Assembly (NCBI GenBank): GCA_035535495.1
Contig: DATLQA010000233.1
Location: 10,734-74,733, forward strand
Direction of reading: 5' to 3'
Length of the DNA stretch: 64,000 nucleotides
Source of the DNA: Actinomycetota bacterium
Lineage (GTDB): Bacteria; Actinomycetota; CALGFH01
Part shown: in pieces, positions 18,810 to 27,406 of the stretch
Numbering within the stretch: the stretch's first letter is position 1
Layout of the letters: every line of letters begins with the position of its first letter
Program-made: the position numbers and the translations under genes
The notes under the pieces: generated by a model
What the model saw: only the letters and a program-made list of their open reading frames with translations
Told to the model about the DNA's origin: nothing
Database searches by the model: none

Positions 18810-19703
18810 TCACGACGCCGGCTTGACCGCTTCCCAGGTGAGGAACTGGTAGCTGGGGAAGACCCCGTCCCGCTGCGCCAGCTGGTCGTCGGCGACCACC
18901 ACCAGGTCCTCGGCCTTGGCCGCGGCGACCAGGGCGGCATGGTCGAACTCGGGGAACTCGAAGAAGCGGTCCCAGTGGGCGTCGCCCGCGACCACGCGGC
19001 GGCGGAAGTCCTCGGTGCACAGCACCACCGCCTGGAAGCCGTGCCGGCGCAGCCGTTCGGTCAGATCCATGCCGAAGCGCCAGAAGACCGGGGTGTTGTC
19101 GCCGTGGAACTCCGGCTCCGGCGGCGGCGCCGTGGTCGCCTGCCCGACCGGCACCTGCAGCAGCATGCGGCCGCCGGGGCTGAGCACCCGGTAGATCTCG
19201 GACAGGGCGGCCTCGGTGTCGGGCACGTGCTCCAGCACGTGCGCGGTGAGCAGCACGTCGATCGAGTCGTCGGGCAGGTCGAGGCGTTGCAGGTCGAGCT
19301 TGACGCTCGCCTTGTGCGCCCGCTGGTCGTAGTCGCTGGCCAGGTAGTGCACCCGGCGCGCCATCGTGTCCCGGTAGCCGGCGCCAAGGCGCGGGCTGGT
19401 CTCCAGCACCCGCAGCCGGCGCTCAAGCGGCACGCGCTGGTACAGGCACAGGTACATGAAGCGGTCGCGGCCGACCGCCTGGCAGTTCGGGCACTGGGCG
19501 GCCTCGGAATGCGGCGCGCCGGGGAACTGCGGTCCGCGCCAGTCGCAGAGGATGCACCAGGCGCCCTCGGCGGGGATGTCCTGTGCCCTGATCGGTGCCC
19601 ATGGCCGCAGCCGCGGGCCGTCGCCGCGCTGGCCGCCCAGCGCGTGCCGGGCCGAGCGGGCCAGCTCCCTGGTCTTGTTCCTGAGCGCGGTGGCGTACGA
19701 CAT
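18810..19703 (-). CDS. SAM-dependent methyltransferase (Methyltransf_11) with an N-terminal Cys4 zinc-ribbon
   Basis: CILCDW...CPNC ribbon. Motif II DVLLTAHVLEHV. ATG with a CAGGAG ribosome-binding site. Confidence 0.8.
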   Translation of the reverse strand: MSYATALRNKTRELARSARHALGGQRGDGPRLRPWAPIRAQDIPAEGAWCILCDWRGPQFPGAPHSEAAQCPNCQAVGRDRFMYLCLYQRVPLERRLRVLETSPRLGAGYRDTMARRVHYLASDYDQRAHKASVKLDLQRLDLPDDSIDVLLTAHVLEHVPDTEAALSEIYRVLSPGGRMLLQVPVGQATTAPPPEPEFHGDNTPVFWRFGMDLTERLRRHGFQAVVLCTEDFRRRVVAGDAHWDRFFEFPEFDHAALVAAAKAEDLVVVADDQLAQRDGVFPSYQFLTWEAVKPAS

Positions 19704-19757
19704 GCTGCTGCTCCTGAGGGTTGGTCGCCGGTCGTTCGCTGGTCCGGCCGTCGGACG

Positions 19758-20669
19758 TCAGTCGTCGCCCGTCCGCCTGACCACCAGGTCGCCGAGCAGC
19801 GCGATGGCGGCGATGTTGATGCCGGCCAGGCCGATCAGCACGGTGGAGCCCGCCACCCGGAACGGGTGCAGGATCAGGTCGGAGATGAGCTTCACGAAGG
19901 TGCCGCCCATCAGGGTCAGCGCCACCGGCATGAGCACGCGCAGCGGGTTGAAGTACATCACCATGCGCAGGACCTGGATGATGTAGTTGTAGGCGTCCTT
20001 GAACGGGTGGAACTTCGAGCGTCCGGCGCGCTTGAAGTAGTCGATCGGGACGTACTTGATCTGGTGCCCGTTGGACAGGAACGCCAGCGTGATGGTGGTC
20101 ACGCAGGAGAACCCTGGTGGCAGCAGGCGCAGGTAGGGCTTGGCCACCTCGCGCTTGAAGGCGCGCAGCCCCGAGTTCAGGTCCGGGATCTCGGTGTTGG
20201 TGAGGTAGGAGGCGAGCCGGCGGATGAGCCACTTGGCCGGCACGCGGAAGAACTTGTAGGTGCCCGCCTCGGTCTTGCGCGCCCCGACCACCTGGTCGTA
20301 GTTCTCGTCGAGCTCGCGCACCAGGTCGGGGATGAGCTCGTTGGGGTAGGTCATGTCCGCGTCGGTCCAGACCACCACGCGGCCGCGGGCCTCGTGGGTG
20401 CCGATGCGGCGGGCGGTGCCCGAGCCCTGGTTGCGCGGGAACAGGATGGTGCGGATGCCCTGGATGGAGGAGAGGACCTCGCGGGTGCCGTCGGTGGAGC
20501 CGTCGTCAACGCAGATCAGCTCGTAGCTCATGCCGGCCTGGTCGAGCGCGGCACGGATGCGCTTGATCTCCTGCTCGACATGGTCGCGCTCGTTGTAGCA
20601 GGGCAGCACCACCGAGACCTCGGGGACGGCCTCGACGGGCAGGGGGGAAGGAGCCGGTGCGGTGGACAC
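19758..20669 (-). CDS. GT2 polyprenol-phosphate glycosyltransferase (GtrB / Ppm1 / DPM1-like), which makes a lipid-linked monosaccharide donor
   Basis: VSVVLPCYNE, VDDGSTDGT and DADM motifs, with two C-terminal TM helices. The start is set at a GTG (revcomp at 20667-20669) with an AGGAG ribosome-binding site. A longer ORF would leave no divergent promoter space. Confidence 0.8.
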   Translation of the reverse strand: MSTAPAPSPLPVEAVPEVSVVLPCYNERDHVEQEIKRIRAALDQAGMSYELICVDDGSTDGTREVLSSIQGIRTILFPRNQGSGTARRIGTHEARGRVVVWTDADMTYPNELIPDLVRELDENYDQVVGARKTEAGTYKFFRVPAKWLIRRLASYLTNTEIPDLNSGLRAFKREVAKPYLRLLPPGFSCVTTITLAFLSNGHQIKYVPIDYFKRAGRSKFHPFKDAYNYIIQVLRMVMYFNPLRVLMPVALTLMGGTFVKLISDLILHPFRVAGSTVLIGLAGINIAAIALLGDLVVRRTGDD

Positions 20670-20764
20670 GGGACTGCACTCCTGACGACGATCGGCGGGT
20701 CTGGCGAGCTCGGACGGCGAGGGCCGGCGGCGTGGCGGGCCCAAGGTCCCGAGAACGGTCTAGG

Positions 20765-21727
20765 ATGCTACCGCACCCCCGAGCACCGCAGGTAAAGGGC
20801 AAGGAGCCGATCACGTCCACCGCCTCAGATCCGGTACCGGCTCAGGTCGGCGCCGTGCTGGTCACCTACGAGAGCGCCGCCGACCTGCCCGGCTGCGTCG
20901 AGTCGATCACCAGCGCCGCGCCGCCTGGCGGGGTCGAGGTGGTGGTGGTCGACAACGCCTCCCGTGACGGCTCCGCCGAGGTCGCACGCGCTCTCGGCCT
21001 CAAGGTGATCGAGAACCCCGGCAACGAGGGGTACGCCAGGGCGATGAACGCCGGCGCCGCCGCCACCTCGAGCGCCTGGGTGCTGGCGCTCAACCCGGAC
21101 ACGCGGCTTCCACCCGGCGCGCTGGCCCACATGCTGGTCACCGGCGAGGCCGACCCGGCGGTCGGCTGCGTCGGGCCCGACCTGCGCAACCCCGACGGCA
21201 CCTGGTACCCGACCGGGCGTCGCTTCCCGTCCCTGGCGGTCGGCGGCCTGCACGCCCTGCTCGCCCCGGTCTGGCCGTCCAACCCGGCCACCCGCCACTA
21301 CCACATGGCCGACGCCGACCGCCGCCACCCGGTCACGGTCGACTGGGTCTCGGGCGCCTGCATGCTGCTGCGCCGCTCCGCGTTCGAGGCGGTCGGCGGC
21401 TTCGACGGCGGCTACTTCATGTACTTCGAGGACATGGACCTGTGCCTGCGCCTGGCACGGGCCGGCTGGCGGGTGGTGCTCGATCCCGGCGTCAGGGTCG
21501 AGCACGCCGGCGGCAACTCCACCCGCAAGGCCCCTTACCGCAAGGTCCTCAACCACCACCGCTCCACCCTGCGCTTCTACTGCCGCCGCTACGCCTCCGA
21601 CCCCCGCATCGTGCTCGCCCCGGTGGTCGCGGCCGCCCTGGTCGTCCGCGCCGGTGTCTCCCTGGCGCGCACCGCCATCGTGGTCAGGTCCCAGGCCAAG
21701 GCCCTGGCCGCCGACCACGACGGCTGA
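20765..21727 (+). CDS. GT2 glycosyltransferase, WbbL-like (dTDP-rhamnosyl transferase family)
   Basis: N-terminal VLVTYESAADLPG and VVVDNASRDGS, and a DxD-type FEDMDL motif. Alternative GTG start at 20855. Confidence 0.75.
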   Translation: MLPHPRAPQVKGKEPITSTASDPVPAQVGAVLVTYESAADLPGCVESITSAAPPGGVEVVVVDNASRDGSAEVARALGLKVIENPGNEGYARAMNAGAAATSSAWVLALNPDTRLPPGALAHMLVTGEADPAVGCVGPDLRNPDGTWYPTGRRFPSLAVGGLHALLAPVWPSNPATRHYHMADADRRHPVTVDWVSGACMLLRRSAFEAVGGFDGGYFMYFEDMDLCLRLARAGWRVVLDPGVRVEHAGGNSTRKAPYRKVLNHHRSTLRFYCRRYASDPRIVLAPVVAAALVVRAGVSLARTAIVVRSQAKALAADHDG

Positions 21728-21751
21728 CCAGCTGGCACGGCGGACGGGATC

Positions 21752-22315
21752 ATGGCCGACACCGCCTTCACCACGCTGACCTCCGACCGGCTGGTGCTGC
21801 GCCGGTTCCGGCCGGAGGACCTGGACGCGTTCGTCGCCTACCGCTCCGATCCCGAGGTCGCCCGCTACCAGGGCTGGGAGGCGCCGTATTCCCGCGCCGA
21901 GGCGACCAGGTTCCTCGCCGACCTTCAGGCCACCCACCCGGACACGCCCGACGTGTGGTACCAGATCGCGGTCGCGCTGCGGCAGACGGACCAGCTGATC
22001 GGCGACTGCGCCGCCCACGTCGAACCCGACGACCCGCGGCAGGCCGAGATCGGCTTCACCATCGCCCCGGCCCACCAGGGCCACGGCTACGCCACCGAGG
22101 CGGTGCGCCGGCTCCTCGACTACCTGCTCGTCGAGCGGGGCAAGCACCGCGTCCACGCGAGCTGCGACGACCGCAACACCCGCTCGGCGGCGCTGCTGGA
22201 ACGGGTCGGGATGCGCCGCGAGGGCCACCTGCTGGAGAGCACCTGGGCCAAGGGCGAGTGGACCAGCGACCTGCTGTTCGCCGTCCTGCGCCGCGACTGG
22301 CCGCCCGGAGGCTGA
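21752..22315 (+). CDS. GNAT family N-acetyltransferase (RimJ/RimL-like)
   Basis: 187 aa. GNAT motif A region QGHGYATEAVRRLLDY. Confidence 0.8.
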   Translation: MADTAFTTLTSDRLVLRRFRPEDLDAFVAYRSDPEVARYQGWEAPYSRAEATRFLADLQATHPDTPDVWYQIAVALRQTDQLIGDCAAHVEPDDPRQAEIGFTIAPAHQGHGYATEAVRRLLDYLLVERGKHRVHASCDDRNTRSAALLERVGMRREGHLLESTWAKGEWTSDLLFAVLRRDWPPGG

Positions 22316-22346
22316 CCTGCAGCCGGGGCTCGAAATCCGCCACCGG

Positions 22347-22646
22347 TTGCTGCGGACCAGGGCCGAGACGGGCACGCCCGTCCAGGCCCTGGTCCGCAGC
22401 ACCGGCGACGCCAAGAGCCTGCTGGTCCGCTCTGCCACCGGCTACTGGATCCGCTTCCCAGTCGGCGACCTGGACCGCCTGCTGCTGGCCACCCGAGTCG
22501 GCGGGGAGCCGCTGGCCGCCAGGCACGGCTTCCCGCTCCGCCTGGTCGCCCCTGGCCGGCGCGGCTTCTGGTGGGTGAAGTGGGTCGACCGCGTCGAGCT
22601 GCACGACACGCCGTGGTGGTGGCAACCACCGTTCCCGGTGACCTAG
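22347..22646 (+). pseudogene. C-terminal fragment of a sulfite-oxidase-family molybdopterin oxidoreductase (MsrP/YedY-like). The N-terminal about 130-150 aa are missing.
   Basis: EPLAARHGFPLRLVAPGRRGFWWVKWVDRVEL matches the C-terminal end of the Moco domain. No upstream coding sequence is left between it and the GNAT gene. Confidence 0.5.
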
Positions 22647-24199
22647 GAGCCGGTCCCGGCCAGGCCGGCGCGGGTGGCGATCTCATGCCAGCGCCGACGG
22701 AAGGCGTCCTCGGAGAAGGCCTGGGCGCGCTCGACCGCGGCCGCGCCGAGGCGGCGGCAGTGGTCGGGGTCGGCGGCCAGCTCGCGGGTGCGGGCCTCCA
22801 GCTCTTCGAGCGTCGACCAGCGGTAGCCGTCGACCCCCTGGCGGACGATCTCGCGCTGGCCGGCCTGGTCGATCACCACCGGGACGCAGCCGGCCGCCAT
22901 CGCCTCGACGGTGGTCATGCCGAAGTGCTCGAACACCCACGGCTGCTGCTCGGGGTCCTCGCCGAGGCCGGTCGCCGCCCAGAAGATCGAGCTGGTGGCG
23001 AACAGCTCGTCGACCTTGGCCCTTGGCGCGTTGGGGTGGATCTCCACCGGCAGGCCGGCGGCGGCCTCGCGCAGCGCGGCCAGGTAGGGGCGCTGGGACG
23101 GCTCGCAGCCGCCGACCACGTGCAGCGTCCAGGAGTCCAGGCCGCCGTTGCGGACCATCTGGCCGAAGGCCTGCACCTGTTCCAGCTGCTTCTTGTTGTG
23201 GCCGAGGCCGGGGGCGAAGAAGCGTCCGACCGTGAGGATCTTGCGGTCCTTGCTGCCGGGTTGGAGCTCGTGCACGCGGATCGGCGGGAACAGGACCTCG
23301 CTGTCGACCCCCCAGAGCCGCTTGATCCACGAGCGGGTGTACTCCGAGTTGGCCATCACCACCTGGTAGTGGTCGAGGAAGGACAGGTCGGTGGGGTCGC
23401 GCAGCAGCCAGGGGAACCGCTCGGCGACCCGCTGGCGCAGGTCCCGCTGGGACCCGGCCATGCGCAGGCGGCTCACCGCCACGCCCAGGTCGCGGTCGTC
23501 GCCGCCGCCCGGCTTGAACGTCTCGGTGCGCAGCACCAGCTCGGCCGGCTGCGGCGAGGCCGGCAGGCGCACCTCGTGCCCCCGGAACCGGTCCGGCTGG
23601 GCGACCAGCCGTGCCAGCTCGCGGCCGTCCTCGTCGCGGAAGGTCAGCTCGGCCGGTCCGGGCGCACCGGGCCGGCCGAGGTCGAAGGTGAGCACCCGCT
23701 CCCCCTCGCTGCCCGGGACCTGCAGGAGCGAGCGGTCGCTGGTCCACGCCCACGAGCGGCGCCGCCCGCCCTCAGGGGGAAACCAGCCCAGCCCGTAGCC
23801 GATGTCCGGCCGTACCTGGCGGACGTACGGGCCGGCCAGGCGGACCAGGCGCCGCCGCCACGCCGCCATGTCGTGGTCGAACGGGGTGGGGAACCAGCAC
23901 AGGTAGAGGCTGTGGGCCGCCCGCGCCTTGATGCGGCTCATGTAGGAGGCGTTGACGAACAGGTCGTACTCGGACGACACCCGGGCCAGGTCGGTCTCGC
24001 CCCGGTCGGAGACCACCCGCAGCGCCACCTTGGCCAGGTCCAGTCCGAGATGGTCGGCGAGGACGTCCTTGCCGACGTCCTCGTGGCCGATGAGGTCGAC
24101 CTCGTGGCCGTCCTCGGCGAGGACCTGGGCGAGCATGCTGGAGTGGCGCTCACCGCCACCCATCGAATGCAGGAACCGGTTGTAGACGGCGGCCTTCAA
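22643..24199 (-). CDS. GT4 family glycosyltransferase (large form, with an inserted domain)
   Basis: C-terminal GT4 signature (FEHFGMTTVEAMAAGCVPVV) and an N-terminal Rossmann half. Proposed TTG start with an AGGGAG ribosome-binding site; an upstream ATG at 24298 is the alternative. Confidence 0.7.
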   Translation of the reverse strand: MKAAVYNRFLHSMGGGERHSSMLAQVLAEDGHEVDLIGHEDVGKDVLADHLGLDLAKVALRVVSDRGETDLARVSSEYDLFVNASYMSRIKARAAHSLYLCWFPTPFDHDMAAWRRRLVRLAGPYVRQVRPDIGYGLGWFPPEGGRRRSWAWTSDRSLLQVPGSEGERVLTFDLGRPGAPGPAELTFRDEDGRELARLVAQPDRFRGHEVRLPASPQPAELVLRTETFKPGGGDDRDLGVAVSRLRMAGSQRDLRQRVAERFPWLLRDPTDLSFLDHYQVVMANSEYTRSWIKRLWGVDSEVLFPPIRVHELQPGSKDRKILTVGRFFAPGLGHNKKQLEQVQAFGQMVRNGGLDSWTLHVVGGCEPSQRPYLAALREAAAGLPVEIHPNAPRAKVDELFATSSIFWAATGLGEDPEQQPWVFEHFGMTTVEAMAAGCVPVVIDQAGQREIVRQGVDGYRWSTLEELEARTRELAADPDHCRRLGAAAVERAQAFSEDAFRRRWHEIATRAGLAGTGS

Positions 24200-24249
24200 G
24201 CGTCGGACACTCCCTGTGGCGTGGTGGGCGTCGGCGCGGGCCGCGCCGG

Positions 24250-25101
24250 TCAGGCGTGCGCGCGCACGAAGATCTCGTTCGGCTGGTACATCCCCCATAC
24301 TAGGTTGTCGTGCGCGATCCGGAGCTCCCGCACCGCCTCCTGCGTCTCCCGCAGCCGGTCGCAGAGCACCTTGGCGACGTGGGCGAGCTGGTAGGCCCAC
24401 GAAGGGTCGTGCGACTCCCGCCAGCGGCCGCGGCCGTCGTGATGCTGCAGCGCCATGGCGACCTGGCTGGTGGCGGCGTCGAGGACGTCGTCAAGTCCCG
24501 GGTGGACGATCGCCTCCGGCGCCAGGAACCCCGGCGGCGGCCCCGGATGGTTCTGCGGGTTCGGCCCTGACTCCTCGACCTCGAGGCCGGCCTCACGGCA
24601 GAGGAACTCCAGCAGCGGGGCGTCGTAGAAGCGCACGTGGGTCGGGTCCCGCCAGAAGTCGTGGGTGAGCACCGCGTAACAGGCCGGGTTGGGGGTGGCG
24701 GCCACGAACTTGCCGCCAGGCACCAGCACCTTGCGGACGCCGTCGAGCATGCGCACGACCTGCTCCGGCGTGAGGTGCTCGACGAAGTGGGCGCAGAAGA
24801 CCCCGCCGAACGGCCCTGGGGTCGGGTCGGCGTGCAGGTACTCGATGGCGTCGTCGAGGAGCACGTCGAGCCCGCGGCCGCGGGCCTGCTCCACCATGCC
24901 CTCGTCCGAGTCGACGCCGACGGCCTTGATGCCCGCGTCGTGCAGCATGGTGACGAAGTCGCCGCGGCCGCAGCCAAGGTCGACCACTGGCGCCGCCTGG
25001 TCGGCGAACATCGGCACGTAGAAGCTCTGCACGGCACGCGCGTGCTCGCCGTGGGGGTCGAAGTCCATGTAGGCGTAGTAGTCGCTTTCGAGTCGGGTCA
25101 T
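24250..25101 (-). CDS. Class I SAM-dependent methyltransferase with a C-terminal helical extension. Paralogue of 11416-12222.
   Basis: Intact motif I VVDLGCGRGDF, post-I acid VGVDSD, motif II FGGVFCAHFVEHL. Confidence 0.8.
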   Translation of the reverse strand: MTRLESDYYAYMDFDPHGEHARAVQSFYVPMFADQAAPVVDLGCGRGDFVTMLHDAGIKAVGVDSDEGMVEQARGRGLDVLLDDAIEYLHADPTPGPFGGVFCAHFVEHLTPEQVVRMLDGVRKVLVPGGKFVAATPNPACYAVLTHDFWRDPTHVRFYDAPLLEFLCREAGLEVEESGPNPQNHPGPPPGFLAPEAIVHPGLDDVLDAATSQVAMALQHHDGRGRWRESHDPSWAYQLAHVAKVLCDRLRETQEAVRELRIAHDNLVWGMYQPNEIFVRAHA

Positions 25102-25298
25102 GGTCGACCTCCTTGCGCCGCGACCACGCTGCCGCGGTGCCGCCTCCCCCCGTACGACATGGCGCCCAGGACCGAGGGCACCCGAATGCTACCGACCGGC
25201 GCGTCCGCAGGGCGACTCCTGGGCTCGCCGGCCGGCGCCTGGCCGGCTCCAAGCGGGCCGGGGCAGGACGCCGGTGGCCGGGTAGACTGCGGCGCGAC

Positions 25299-27374
25299 AT
25301 GCGGACCCGCTCCACCTCCCCGCCTGCCGCCGAGCCGGAGGCCCTGGATGCGGCCGCGCCGGCCGGCGCCGCGATCGAGCTGCGACCGGCCGAGGCGCTG
25401 TGGCTGGGCGGCACCGCCGTGATCGCCGCGGTCTGCTGGGCGTCCCTGGCCGCCGCGCACCTCGCTGTGCTCTCGGTCGGCTCGGTGCTCGGCCTGGCGG
25501 CGGTGATGCTCGCGGCGCTCGCCGTCCCCGTCTGGCTGTCCCTGCGGCGCGGAGCCCGCCGCCTGGTCCTCGGCGGCCGCCTCGGCTGGGTCGAGGTGGC
25601 GGCGCTGGCGGCCGGCGCCGGCCTGCTGCTCCTGCTCTACCTGCCCGGCTTCCCGTACGGCGTGGCCGACAAGGACCCCGGCGGGTACGTGCAGCACGGC
25701 TTCTCGATCGCCCGCACCGGCGACTTCCGCATCCACGACGAGGCCCTGGCCAAGCTGCCGGACATGACCCGGTACGGCGCCGGCATCCGCTTCCCCGGCA
25801 TCTGGATCAGCGACGCCGCCCGCGCCGAGGTGGTGCCGCAGTTCTACCACCTGTACCCGGCCACCCTCGGCTTCCTCGGCCGGCTCTCGGGCCAGACCGC
25901 CATGATGAGCCTGAACGCGCTGCTCGCGGTGGTGTCCGCCGCCGGGGTGTACCTGGTGGGGCGGCGACTGGCCGGGCCGGTCGCCGGGGCGGTGGCCGCC
26001 GCCGTGCTCGCCCTCGACATGGTCCAGGTCTGGCAGGCCAAGTACCCGACCACCGAGATCTCCACCAAGCTCTTCTTCGTGGTCACCATCCTCGGCCTGG
26101 TGGTCGCCGCCGAGACCCGCTGGTGGCCGCCGGCGGTGCTGGCCGGCGCGGCGCTCGGGGTCGCCTGGCTGGACCGGCCCGACACGCTGCTGCCGGTGCT
26201 GATCGCTCTCGGCGTGCTCGCCGCCGCGGTGGTGCTCGGGCGCTTCGGGCGGCTCCACGCCGCGTTCGCGCTCGGCCTGGCGGTGGTCGCCCCCCACGCC
26301 ATCTGGCAGGCGCTCGGCCCTGCCGGCAGGTACAGCCAGGCCGCCGGCGGCATCACCAGCGGCCGGCTCGCCCTGGCCGCCGCCGCGCTCGCCGCCGGCA
26401 CGGTGGTCGGCCGGGTGCTGTGGCGGGGGCCGCTCGGCCGGTGGATCGAGCGGTTGGCGGGCCGGCTGGTCGCCGACCCGCGCCGCCGCTTGGCGCTCAA
26501 GGCGCTGCTCCCGGCCGGCCTGGTCCTGCTCGCCCTGGTCGCGTGGTTCCGGCCGCAGCTCTTCGGCGCCGACTACTTCGACTACAACGGCCGCCTGATC
26601 CGCAGCTACGACGAGCAGAACCTGCGCCGCCTCGCCTGGTTCGTGACCGTGCCGGGGATCGCCGCCACCCTGGTCGGCTTCGCGGTGGTGGCGCTGCGCC
26701 GCTGGCGGGCGGCGGTCTGGATCGCGGTCGGGCCGGCGGTGGTGCTGCTCATCCTCTACCTCTACCAGGCGGTCAACTCGACCCGGCTGATGTGGTGGAG
26801 CCGGCGCTACGTGCCCAGCGGCCTGCTGGTGTTCGCACTGCTGATCGGGATCGCCTGCGCCGCGGCGTGGGCGTGGCGGGGGAGAGGACGACTGCTCGCG
26901 CTGGTCGCCGCCGTGGCGGTGGCCGGGGTGGTGGTGGGGACCGGGCTGGTGCAGAGCCTGCCGCTCGCCAGGCACCGGGAGTTCGGCGGGTCGTTCGCCG
27001 CCTCGGCCCGGATCGCCGACGCCGCGCACGGCCGCCAGGGGGTGTTCGTCTGGGGGCCGCGCCGCACCTACTACGACACCATGCCGCTGTTCGCCGCGCC
27101 GGTGTGGCTGCAACGCGACCAGCTCTCGGTGATCCTGCCGCCGAACGGCACCCGCGCCGACCTGGAGCGCATCCAACGTGCCTTCCCCGGCCAGCCGCTG
27201 TTCCTGGTCACCGGCTCGCTGGGCCTGCCGCCGACCCTCCGCCAGGCCGGCCTGCGCAAGGTCGACGGCTTCCGGGTGGCGATGCCGTTCTGGCAGGAGT
27301 CCGACACCCAGCGGCCCTCCCACAACGTCGGCGTCGGCGCCAGGATCGAGATCTGGTCGCTCGGCGGGCCATAG
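25299..27374 (+). CDS. GT-C-fold polytopic membrane glycosyltransferase (putative). Paralogue 2, 691 aa.
   Basis: LPGFPYGVADKDPGGYV, MWWSRRYVP and DYFDYNGRLIRSYDEQ blocks. With the ATG at 25299 the product length is the same as paralogue 1 (691 aa). Confidence 0.7.
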   Translation: MRTRSTSPPAAEPEALDAAAPAGAAIELRPAEALWLGGTAVIAAVCWASLAAAHLAVLSVGSVLGLAAVMLAALAVPVWLSLRRGARRLVLGGRLGWVEVAALAAGAGLLLLLYLPGFPYGVADKDPGGYVQHGFSIARTGDFRIHDEALAKLPDMTRYGAGIRFPGIWISDAARAEVVPQFYHLYPATLGFLGRLSGQTAMMSLNALLAVVSAAGVYLVGRRLAGPVAGAVAAAVLALDMVQVWQAKYPTTEISTKLFFVVTILGLVVAAETRWWPPAVLAGAALGVAWLDRPDTLLPVLIALGVLAAAVVLGRFGRLHAAFALGLAVVAPHAIWQALGPAGRYSQAAGGITSGRLALAAAALAAGTVVGRVLWRGPLGRWIERLAGRLVADPRRRLALKALLPAGLVLLALVAWFRPQLFGADYFDYNGRLIRSYDEQNLRRLAWFVTVPGIAATLVGFAVVALRRWRAAVWIAVGPAVVLLILYLYQAVNSTRLMWWSRRYVPSGLLVFALLIGIACAAAWAWRGRGRLLALVAAVAVAGVVVGTGLVQSLPLARHREFGGSFAASARIADAAHGRQGVFVWGPRRTYYDTMPLFAAPVWLQRDQLSVILPPNGTRADLERIQRAFPGQPLFLVTGSLGLPPTLRQAGLRKVDGFRVAMPFWQESDTQRPSHNVGVGARIEIWSLGGP

Positions 27375-27406
27375 GCTCGCCCGGCATCGTCGATCCCCGA
27401 TGCCGG

